64,000 bases of DNA from Octopus sinensis (lineage: Eukaryota), in NCBI RefSeq assembly GCF_006345805.1, contig NC_043009.1, forward strand, positions 17,980,001 through 18,044,000, written 5' to 3'. Under the pieces are notes generated by a model. It saw only the letters and a program-made list of their open reading frames with translations. It was not told where the DNA came from and made no database searches. Within the stretch, counting starts at the first letter, position 1. Each line of letters starts with the position of its first letter. The translations under genes were made by a program, and so were the position numbers. This document shows positions 53,261 to 64,000 of the stretch, in pieces.

Positions 53261-54404
53261 AAAGTCCCCAGGAAGAATCAGCGTGGGGACATTTAAATTT
53301 GTCGTCTTTTCCTAAAAGCCACTTAACGCCTTTGTTAATAACACATATTTCCCCATTAAACATAGCTACAGCTATGGGAAATTCCATTCAGTACAATGAC
53401 CTACAAAATTGTTTTCTAGGAAAGTATGTATTTGTTGTAAAGACGGCAAATTGAGTTTGACGACGAGGAGGGGGGCAATATGAAAAGAACTCAGGTTTTG
53501 GTTGGGAAAATTTCTATCAGAAAAAATTAATAATCGTGGATTTTCTTTCTTTCTTATTTTTAGCTATTAAATTTTAAAATATTTTCTTACAGACACCAAA
53601 GAAGGTAATAACCATCCAATAAAGAGATCAATAAAATCAATCGGTATGGCTGCTCTCCAAAAGTAGTAAAAATATTAAAAGAACGAAATACATTTCAACG
53701 ATTTTACTTACTCTAATCGGTTCAGCTAAAAGCTTGTGATCTCGTTTTGCCAGTCGATCAACGTAGTCTTAATTTAACGGAAGCTGTGATTCCATGTATG
53801 GGAAACTGGGAAATTTCTCATGGAAATGAGATATGCTTAACTGGAATTGAAACCTAGTTGTGATCCCATTGTACTAATCGAGAAGGGTCAGTTTGTTTTA
53901 ATTAATAATGGAATGTGTTCCTCCTTCACTGCCCTAATAACTAACACACCCATGTGGATGACTGCTAGTGGGTGAAGTAAACAGCCTATCCCTTATTTAA
54001 TACACTAAACTATTCGGTCGGTGTTCACATGCTATGGGTTATATATTCCAACAGTATAAAACTTGCTGATGTTTAAAAGGTGAAAGAATATAGGAGAGTA
54101 AAAACAAATTTCCTCTACGTGTGAGAGAAAGAGAGAAAAGAAGTGGCAGCTGGCAGGAGAGGAAAACACAAAACATTAAAAGCGTAATCTTTTATAAAAT
54201 ATCAATGGAAAGTCAGGTTTATTATATACACCCGTTGACATTAATGTTGAAACAAAAAATATTTCACAGTGTACGTGTGTGTGTGTATATATATATTTAT
54301 GTGTATATGCGGGTAGTAGTGAAATGCGTTAAGTGTAAAACTTCCAAGTATGGTGTGTGTGTGTGTGTGTGTGTGTGCAGATTACACATCCACACGTGCG
54401 TACG

Positions 54405-54447
<43 letters not shown>

Positions 54448-54456
54448 TATACATAC

Positions 54457-54489
<33 letters not shown>

Positions 54490-54814
54490 TGTATATGTAT
54501 ATAACGAAATATTAGCGCCAAGCAGGGACATATATACACAAGGTATGTGTGTGTACACGTTTGAGTTTACGAAGACGAAAAGTATAATAGAGAAGCAGAG
54601 TATTAAGTTTCGCTGTTACTTGATCAGCGATACTCACAAAACCCAAGTATTAACAGCAATACTAGCACTACTCTGTGTGTATTGTGAGTGTGTATGAGTG
54701 AGAGAGCATGGCGAAATGATGATCAGGTGTAAAGCTACACACAGACACACACACGTGTACACACCAGACACACGCGCACAGAGAAGAAGCCAGCACTAAC
54801 TTCGCTAATCAACA

Positions 54815-54880
<66 letters not shown>

Positions 54881-55819
54881 GTTGATCAAGGTACAATTTT
54901 ACGTGTATTTTCTGAAGAGAAGGGAATGTATACCACTTTGGCAAAACTTTGTTGTCCGTCTTCCATGTGAAGACGGAAGAGTGAGATGTTCGATAAAAAA
55001 TAATCAACTATGGGGAAAAAGTAGAGAAAGGATAAAGTTCGTCTGTGTGTGTGTGTTGAAAAAATGATTATACGCATATATGACTATATAGACCATTCTT
55101 ATACAAAAGAAGACACACACACCTTTGTGCGTGTACATTATATATAGACAAGGAAATTTATATATTACCGGAGATGAAGACAATGGAGACAGATTTATAA
55201 AATATGAAATTTGTCAACAAGTGACAAAAGCAGCAACTGGTTCGACTAAGTACATCTTTCCTCGTAAAAGTTACTCCACCGTATGTGCGTGTGTGTGTAT
55301 GTGTGTGTGTGACTGGAGTGAAATCTCTTTCCTGCACACCAACGTTCCAAGTTGCCTTAACAGTCTACTGTCTCTTTCCGCCACCTACTTGTATACACCT
55401 ACCTACCATCGCCGACTCTTAACACCCTCTCTCTCTCTCCGTATCTGTGTGAGCGTGCATAATAATATATATGTATATATATAAAACACACACACGACTA
55501 GCTTGATTCTCCTCCTCCTCCTGTCTCTCTCCCCCTTTATTCCTCTACAGTGTTTCAATTCCGCTTTGAGGGTTTTTTTTCCCTTTCCAAACACTTATTA
55601 CAACACTCGACCGGTCAGGACAAGTAACATTTCCAAACATGACTCACTCGAAACCTCTCTCTCTCTCTCTCTCTCTGTGATAGTCCTTCCGTCGGCTAAT
55701 CTCGGTCGTTTAGTCAATTGGACTCTCACAACAGTTAATGCGTAAAGTCGTAGAGTATTCCAGACCCTTGAGTGGATCGGATTACGGACTTCCAGTTTCC
55801 GCTAACCGAAACATTCAGC

Positions 55820-56142
55820 TTAGTCGCAGCGAGATCGAACCCGTGACTTTACGATTGCGAAGCAAACCTCTTAACCAGTCGGTAATACCCTGGACAGTCC
55901 TCCGTCGGTCGAGACGATGGAAACGGAGATGTTCGACCAATTGAATTACTTAGTCGTTAAATTAACTTCCTTCGGGTTAATTTCGGAAATTCTATTCTAC
56001 GACCTTCCATACAGTCACTGTCCACCCAATTTTGCTAACAATGTAATGGGATCAATCTTTGGTTAAGGAAAACTTTTCACCAAGTGGGCTTGAACCGGGA
56101 ACCACGTGCTTGCGAATTGAGCTTCTTAACCATTCAGCTCTA
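55820..56142 (-). mobile_element. Two isolated tRNA-like SINE heads (~55820-55880 and ~56085-56142)
   Basis: Minus strand reads GGTTAAGAGG...CACGGGTTCGATCTCGC and TGGTTAAGAAGC...CCCGGTTCAAGCCC (A/B boxes); no complete cloverleaf. Confidence 0.55.
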
Positions 56143-56502
56143 GGCACATTTAAAAAGACATGTACAGTCACTGAACACACACACACACTCATTTAACAAT
56201 GTACACGCGCATTTACACAGGTATAAACTACAGATATTTATATACCACAGATAAAGGCACATTTAATTCTTTTGAATATTTAATACATTTAGAGGTTCGG
56301 ACACAGATCCGTTTAAAAATAATGAATGAAGAGAAGGGGTGAGAGAGAGACTAGGATATAGATGTATGTAGTAGCTTTATAGATACGCATACAAAACGAA
56401 ACCTTTCGAGTGTATGGAAGTTGTAGAAAAAGAAAACCGAACGTTCAAGCCTTTTAAAACAGCTGAGATCATCACCAAATCATTCATATTATTTATTATT
56501 TT

Positions 56503-56546
<44 letters not shown>

Positions 56547-57149
56547 GTACGTCTCTCACCCTCCGCTCATACTAATCAGTATTTGTAATCACTGGTGGAT
56601 GTGCCTAAATATACACACACACACATATATATATATATAGACACACACACACACACTCCCGCCAGTGATAACAAATGCAGATTAGTATAAGAGTGGAGGA
56701 TGAGAAACGCACGTGCAGAGATGGGTAGACATGCGCAGACAGGTAGAGATATTGTGCAGACGCAAAGCTTATCCAGCTACACGTGGTCGCTTGACCTGCT
56801 AGAAATATCAGTAATATCTCCGACTACCGTTTCAAATTAAGAAAGGACACATTAGATTATTTAGTCCTACATACCCTTAAAAAGACGGGATGGTCACATC
56901 TAGAGTGCTTTTGATATGTCTGCACATTCGAGACTGATCTGGCGCTAAAAGACAGGCGGGCAGACACTCCGGTAGAGAGAGAGAGAGAGAGTGGTAATAT
57001 GCAGTAACGGGTATACACATGGGCTGATAGAGAAGTACAACTATATGCAGTTTGTATGATCTACATCCGAGAGGAGAGAGAGAGAGAGAGGTATGTGTGT
57101 TAACTGCAATAGCTAAGACACAGACAAGGGTACAGCTACATGCAGTAGC

Positions 57150-58760
57150 AGCTCCACAGACGTGGGGAGGGAGGTATATAGGCTGCTACATGCAATAAAC
57201 TGGCACACAGACACATAATGTGAAATAGAGTTTCGAATAAATGAGAAATGGTGTCGTCGCTTGAATAAAGTTTACAAAATGTGTTGGGAAGGGATCCTAG
57301 TAATCTTTTTACTGTCTGAGAAAAGGACAAATCCAAAACTAACTACCTTACACAACACAAACTATTCCATTTGTAAACGAGTTATTTAAGCGATATGTAA
57401 TTAGAAACGGAGAAGTTATGGAAAACCGGTTATGCTAGTTGAACGAACGGCGCGGTTTGGACAAATAGGTAGACTACATGAATGGACCACTACATCTGGG
57501 GAAGCGGGTAGATTGCGTAAGCAGGCCACGAGGGCGAAACGAATAGGTTACGTGAACAGATTACGTGGGGTTTTAAATCTCGGGTAGGTTACAAAAACGC
57601 ACCAAGTTCGGAGATACAGAAAGGTTACTTGTGCGGAGCACAAGATGGGTTTGCAGAGAAAAACAGGAAAGGTTTGGTTTGGGAAGCAATATATATAGTC
57701 TCCTTAATATATTCTGGCTCGAAAGTTATATCAAGACACTGATAGGCGATAAAAATGACCTATATAGGTAAAGAAGATCAGTCGGTATTGATGACATAGA
57801 TATTGGGAATTAAAACACAAATGACCACACAGTAGCTAAAGGATGTGTCTGGGATTAGAAATCTGTACAACTATATGGAAACGACAGTACTGGTTCGAAT
57901 GAACAGTGTGGTATGAGAGTTTATAGGTCATGTGTTGGTAAGAATGATCGATTTGTCGCGTGATCGTGTGATTTTCTGGTGTTGAAAAGAGATGGGTTAT
58001 AAAAAAAAAATTATTGGTCAAGTTCAAAGGATCTGATGTGTAGAGCAGTCCGAAAAAGCTGACCGAAATAGGTAGATACACGCAACAGCGATAGACCTAC
58101 AATAATCTGTTACAATAATAATGGGTACGGGTCATAATTAAGTAAATATTAGCTATGGAGTAAGGAGTTGGTTACTGCAGAAAAATGGGAGGGAGCCCTG
58201 CAGTCTACCTATGTATGTGTGTGTAACAAGGTAAGAGAACATGTGAATATATCCATGTAAGGGCGTTTTGCTTGCGAGAAGGAAAACTATAGTCGAACTA
58301 ACGATAGCAACAATAAGACCAGTACAGTAGCTAATTGTAAGGGAGGCGGAAAGAATTAGGGTAGGATGACATATGTAGAACAAAGCTGTTACTTTGAACT
58401 GTATGTGCGTTTCTCTCTTTCATATTCACATACGTAGATATAGACGAAATGATATAAGCAGCGTATGTCGGTGTCAAGATAGGGAGGAGGGAGGGAGGGA
58501 GGCTGAAAATAACGTATCGGGCAATGTCCTTCATCGACGAAAGAAACACAGACAAATGCTGGATAGTCAGACAGGCAGAGCGAGTGATATGAAGTATAGA
58601 GACAAGAAAAGATAAACAGAAAAGAAAGAAAGAAAAAAAGGAGGAGGGTGAGGGTAAGAGAAAGAGTTTTAAAAGCGAGAGGAGAAAGTTGAATACTTGG
58701 AAGGAGTGAAAAACAGAAAAAGAAAAAAATGTGGGAGGTACACGAGTAAGATAGAACAGA
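57150..58760 (-). mobile_element. Highly decayed retroelement, probably PLE with GIY-YIG remnant
   Basis: Weak remnants only (SQTVKRLL...SSDDTISHLF resembling GQTGRRL...DTPVSRHF); no intact motif. Confidence 0.35.
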
Positions 58761-61040
58761 TGTTAAATGGAAAATCTGGGACATCCTATTTTATTACGTG
58801 TGCAAGCAATCCAGTCACAAGTTAGGGTATGGGGACTCGCAGAAGGTTTGCACTCTACTCAATAATCTGGGTTTTCTGCTGGGATATTTTGTTTTACTGT
58901 GAAATATGATTCTCTCTCACGCATACACACACGCGAGGAGACTGCAACTATTTCATTGCATTGACAGGAAACTATGTAGCAGCGGATTAAATGCAGCTGA
59001 AATTAGATACCAATTAAATACCAGTAATACACTGAGCTATACAATCTTTTTCTAAGGCACACTTAGCTTTTATTTTTAGGTGATGTGTTGGCAGGGATTA
59101 TTAATAGGGATGTATGTGGGTGGGACTTCTATTATTGTTTGCTCGGAGAAGGCTGGGTTTCTTAACGAATGCAGCGAAGTTAGCTGTTTTCAGTGACAGG
59201 ATAACGACGTCAATACTTCAAGAACTCCATACAAAATACAGGGCACACAACATCCCTACAACACAGACACCCCCATTACGAGAGCCAACAAATGAGTCGC
59301 TACATGGATGCTTCACTTGCTAGAAGTAACAGCCACATCTCCCAATACATGTCTTACAAAGGAAGAATACGTTTGATAATATAATGCTGGATTATCCATA
59401 GACAGCCGGGGTAGCCACAGCAGGAATTGTTTTGATCATGAGTTTAATCTGTGGGTAAACATTACCAGGACCCCCCCCCCTCCATATTTGAGAAGTCAAG
59501 GTGTGCAAAAGTGAAAGATGGTCAATGGGATTCGCTTTCAATTCTCGCTTGAGAAGGCTATATAATATAATCATTTCGAAATAATTTAATGAATTATTAA
59601 TCTCTGGTCAAACTGAAGATTAAAATCTGGGTTTTCAATCCTCAAATACCAATACAATAAGTCACTAATCTCACATCCTCTTCCACTCATTTTCATAATT
59701 TTTTTTTTTTATTTCATGGCAAAATACATTAAGAACTTAAAAATTATAAACAGAGTTAATATATTTATCAATTTGTTGCTTCAGCATCGGTGACATCTTG
59801 AGAAGAGAAACGTTTGGGTCTTTTTCGGGGACATTAGCAGATTAACACATTAGTGCCCAACCAAATAATCTTTTTTTATACAACTTTATCTGATACTGAA
59901 TATATAAATTTAAAAAAATATTACAATATTTGAAAGGCAATCCAGTCTTGATGACTAAAGTTATCTCAGAAAAATACAGGTGTTTGAGAAATATGATGGA
60001 TTATCCTTCTGGTTCTAAAGAAAAGGACCATGGGCGCTGATGGGTTAAGTGAAAAGACATCAACTAAGCATGTATATGAGATAGTGTGCGCGCGAACGCA
60101 CGATGACACGCACTTCTTACACAGTCGAACACAACATTTTCATAACTTTACTTAATACTTGTTCTGCTACTTTGATATCATAGGTATCGATTTATTTATC
60201 TTTAAGTTATCCAGGACTGGTTCAGGAATGAGGCCGGACCAGATAAATTCACTTAATCTCCATTATGAATCAAACTTTGGTCAACTGGAATTGTTCAAAG
60301 CGCTAGCAACAGAAAACGATGTGTGTTAATCAGAGGAAAGTAGGTAGCCAGCTCGAGGGTACATTAGGTGTCCTTTTCCTATATCTCCCTAACCAAAAGG
60401 CCCTGTTAACTTATCTGAGTAATCCTCATTGCAGTCAGCTTCTTTGCATTTTGCTAAACAGAAAGTTGGAATTCCCATAAAACCTTTTCTTGCAGCAATT
60501 ATTCTGTTAAACCAGTAGCGAAAATACTTTCATATAATGATTTGGATTTAGAAAGTTTCCTGTCTTCTTGAATCTCTTTCCAGGAATCGAAATTGACAAT
60601 TAATCCTTCCTTGAGGTAACTCAGAAGCCATACTAGTACCACAGGTATTCTAATAAACCTCGCTTAACAAACCACAAAGACTCGTCTACAATTAATAAAT
60701 GCAGAGTTCATGTAAGGAGTACGGAGCTTGTAAGATGTCTCAGAAACGGATCTAAATTGTTAACGTGGTTTCATTCAAGCTTTAAAAAGCAGTCCGAGGT
60801 CTCAAGTCATAGTCACTTGCACTATACATTATCATTAACAATACTGAGTACGTATTACTACGAGAGGACCACATTGGATTAGTAGCAGGGCTCTACTACA
60901 AATAGTAAGAGATAGTAATAACGAAGTGTATGTGCCAATTTCAAACTTCCATATGTACCTCCTGGAAGTTTGACATCCGTATACGCGAACCCGCGCATGT
61001 GTGTGTGTGTGTGTGTATATATGGTTAATGCTTACTTTAA

Positions 61041-61892
61041 CACCCGGCCACCAAAACAAATAAAAACAGGTGCAATAGGCAAAAGTTTGTGCTAATGAAC
61101 CGGTTGGGGTGGACTTTCGGAAAATTTTTAAAATCCGATTTTTTCCTTCATAACTTTCAGGAAAACATCTCTTGGTGAAATTTTATATAAATACCTTTCA
61201 AACGGCATACATTACGATTATAAAGAAATTTGTAGGGAGTTTTTTTTTTCCAAAAAGGTGGCGAGAGGACTTTCGAAGAGAAATAAATTCATAAAATATT
61301 TTTTGACTTGAGTGTAATGGAAGAAAGTTTTTTTTTTAATTTCTGAAATGAATTCTTTTTTTTTTTTTTTTTTTGAGTAATAGAAAATGGTTTTCAAACA
61401 TGTCATGTATTATGGTGAGAGAAACAAATTCATATAAATACGGTGTTGAATATGGTTTCACTATAGAAATAAGTTAAGGGCGATTTAGCGGTTGTTTCTA
61501 GCACATCTCCACCGTTGGGATCTTTTTAAAAGCCTCTTTCTATTTCTCAAACGAAAAATAAATGCATCTAAGAAATTGTTTTCAAACTATAAAACATAAA
61601 AATTCATTTATGAATTTCTTTCTCTTCGAAAGTCGTCTCCAGGCAAAAGATTTTCCCCACAACTTTCGTTATAATCGTAATCTATGCCGTTGAAAATGTA
61701 TTTATGTCAAATTTCATTAAAGGATATCATTTCCCTAAAAGTTATGTAGGAAAAAATCGGATCTTGTGAATTTTCCGAAAGTTCTCTCTCATCCCCGATT
61801 CGTTGACGCAGATTTTCGTTTTCATATACGTTTCATACACATTTTTTTTTACACCTATTAAATTTATTTATTTTTGCTTTGGAGGCCAGGTG
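61041..61892. mobile_element. piggyBac-like non-autonomous element with long imperfect inverted arms
   Basis: TTAA-CACCCGGCCACCAAA...TTTGGAGGCCAGGTG-TTAG; ~61112-61300 aligns to the reverse complement of ~61598-61785. Confidence 0.7.
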
Positions 61893-62033
61893 TTAGAACA
61901 AACATTAAATTACACACACTAATGTATGTGTATATGTGTGTGTGTGTGTATATATATAATATATATATATATATATGACATTATTGGTGAATTGAAGAAA
62001 TGGAGCTGAACGCAGATTGAACAGAAATCGTTT

Positions 62034-62127
62034 TATTTCATTCTACACGTGTTTCGAAAGGCACAAATTACCAAAATCCGATTGAATAATGGGACCATAT
62101 TGTGTCTTTCTCTTCAGGAAGAAAATA
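62034..62127 (-). ncRNA. Type-I hammerhead ribozyme, apparently intact core
   Basis: Minus strand: stem I UAUUUUCUUC / GAAUGAAAUA (9 of 10 paired, one G.U); core CUGAAGA (62117-62111); stem II GAAAGACACAA / UUGUGCCUUUC (10 of 11); GAAA; stem III AC-ACGU-GU forming palindromic ACACGUGU; cleavage triplet GUA. Confidence 0.8.
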
Positions 62128-62163
62128 GGAAATCCGTTGGAAAAACAAAAACAACGGATTTCC

Positions 62164-62255
62164 TATTTTCTTCCTGAAGAGAAACCACAATATGGTCCCA
62201 TTATTCAATCGGATTTTGGTAATTTGTGCCTTTCGAACACGTGTAGAATGAAATA
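62164..62255 (+). ncRNA. Mirror-copy type-I hammerhead, probably inactive
   Basis: Same layout as the minus-strand copy: CTGAAGA at 62174-62180, same stem I. It reads GAAC instead of GAAAC (one A lost, 62235-62238), and the stem II 5' strand is altered (GAAACCACAA). Confidence 0.65.
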
Positions 62256-62460
62256 AAACGATTTCTGTTCAATCTGCGTTCAGCTCCATTTCTTCAATTC
62301 ACCAATAATGTTTTAATTTCAATTATCCGCACCAACGCACGGTGCAACACCATATGGTTGTACCTCCAACCGTGCTGTTTACTGCTGTGATTTTTGCTAC
62401 TAAGGTATCGGTTAAACTTTTGATTAATCTACTACAAGATTATTCATCTTTCTCTTTCAC

Positions 62461-62505
<45 letters not shown>

Positions 62506-62518
62506 GTATGTGTATGTA

Positions 62519-62555
<37 letters not shown>

Positions 62556-62754
62556 TAAGGTATGTAGAAAAATACAACATGGACAAGAACGTATAACTCA
62601 TAGAAGACGATACAATAAACATGGACAGGACATTCGAACCCCCCAGTCCTCAGTCAAGAACCGGACCATCGTAGCAACCTCGGCATATATATATATATAT
62701 AAATGTATGTGTATATATGTGTGTGTGTGTGTTGTGTGTGTGTATATATATATA

Positions 62755-62913
62755 TTAAAATTAATCAAAGAGCATACTGAGTATGTCTACCTGCTTGAAA
62801 TAACAGTCAAAACTCTTATTAAATCGCCAAAAATACACTGATAAGAGTTTAAGAGTTTTGACTGTTATTTCAAGCAGGTAGACATACTTAGTATGTCCTT
62901 TGATTAATTTTAA
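62755..62913. repeat. Hairpin: 64-bp arms, 31-nt spacer
   Basis: 62755-62818 versus 62850-62913, 61 of 64 positions complementary. Confidence 0.9.
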
Positions 62914-63069
62914 TCCCTCGGCTATTTAATGCTGTTTTTGGCCTGCTATCGCCTGTGTCATTCATTGATTCTGTTTATTACCATTTTTGAAATAGTTACA
63001 TTGGATAATAATAGAATTAATGACACCTTCGTAAATTAATTTTTGGTAAAAATCACCTATCTAGTCAAC

Positions 63070-63442
63070 ATCATGGTGTTCGGAGTGATCACTAGTGATG
63101 GCGACGCTACACTTTCATTCATCTTCCCACACGGCCTCACACTCACCACTGAGGCCTACATCAGTGCCTGGAGGATGGAGTGTGCCCTGAGTAAAGAGGG
63201 TGGCTGCTGGAAGGACCTATGTCTGGCAACAGGACTCTGCACCATACCACACAAGCAAAAGAACTGTCAGACAGCCATGTTCTGCAACCACATCACCCCT
63301 AACATCTGGCCACCTAACTCCCCAGACAGTAAAGCCATCGATTATGAAGTGTGGAGCAAAGTGAGAGGCCAACAAAACTCCTTGTAACACCAAAGATGAA
63401 CTGAAGTCAAGGATTATGGCAGCATTCACCAACTTAAACAAG
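63070..63442 (+). mobile_element. maT transposase fragment (same family as 6110-6900), cut by the gap
   Basis: IMVFGVITSDGD...HITPNIWPPNSPDSKAIDYEVW; WPPNSPD is the Tc1/mariner catalytic-domain motif. Confidence 0.85.
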
Positions 63443-63542
63443 NNNNNNNNNNNNNNNNNNNNNNNNNNNNNNNNNNNNNNNNNNNNNNNNNNNNNNNNNN
63501 NNNNNNNNNNNNNNNNNNNNNNNNNNNNNNNNNNNNNNNNNN
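63443..63542. other. Assembly gap (100 N)
   Basis: Run of n. Confidence 1.
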
Positions 63543-64000
63543 CATATATATATATATAAATATATATATGTATATATATATATATTTAGTTACCATTTTT
63601 ACCCCTGCGCAAAAAAATCTCAATTTTATTTAATTTGCTTTTTGCGGGCAGGAATGTTTCAATGAAGTCGTGTCTCGCCTTGACCTTCGAAACGCGGAGA
63701 AGATGAAACAGAGGCGACTGAAGAAGGGGAATTTTCCTTGTGTTGTATGTCCTGTACTCTATTTTTTCATTAAGAAAAATGTCCAGTTCTTTGGTTTTGT
63801 GTTTATGTTTGCGTTTCTTATTGGTATGTATATATGCATATGTTTTATTTATTAATTTGTTATATAAATATATATACATATATATATATATACACACATA
63901 CATATATATACATACATATGCTTATATACATATATACACATAGATATGCATATATACATATATACACATACATATGCATATATACATATACACACACATA

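Larger units (their letters stand above)
61978..62311. repeat. Near-perfect palindrome: 162/160-bp arms, 12-nt loop
   Basis: Left arm 61978-62139 versus reverse complement of 62152-62311 differs only at two sites (two 1-nt indels and one substitution). Loop GAAAAACAAAAA. Confidence 0.95.

Noticed and set aside
53263-53289. GTCCCCA...TGGGGAC small inverted repeat near the candidate promoter
   Set aside because: A 7-bp stem is within chance expectation and the promoter position itself is unproven.
54905-54960. CTGAAGA-GAAGGG...CCACTTT-GGCAAAAC hammerhead-like string
   Set aside because: No clean GAAA after stem II and no convincing stem I; at best a heavily decayed relic.
55820-56142. Possible tRNA genes
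   Set aside because: A/B boxes are present but there is no pairing acceptor stem or full cloverleaf; they match SINE heads.
62620-62660. Minus-strand CTGAGGACTGG...TTCGAATGT
   Set aside because: Stem II cannot close and GAAA is incomplete.

Overview
AT-rich, microsatellite-laden metazoan DNA. The SINE, MITE and LINE repertoire and the C2H2 gene point to a coleoid cephalopod, most likely Octopus (inference, not searched). Only one intact protein-coding region is supported: an 800-aa, 14-finger C2H2 zinc-finger protein on the minus strand (12801-15203, single coding exon) with an unnamed N-terminal domain. It probably has a ~5-kb 3'UTR ending near 7.7 kb and non-coding 5' exons reaching towards ~53 kb; that span is visibly CpG-poor. 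The rest is transposon debris: DD37D (maT) and other mariner elements, TTAA-type MITEs, Tx1/L1, CR1, RTE and Penelope-like (PLE) fragments, CORE-like and Meta-like SINEs, and long (TA)n/(CA)n tracts. The most notable non-coding signal is a set of type-I hammerhead ribozyme (HHR) motifs, three of the four loci lying in or between outward-pointing inverted repeats. The best example is a near-perfect 334-bp palindrome (61978-62311) carrying one apparently intact HHR and one mutated mirror copy. There is a 100-N gap at 63443-63542. Nearly all other ORFs in the supplied track are microsatellite or transposon artefacts. All coordinates and alignments were read by eye.
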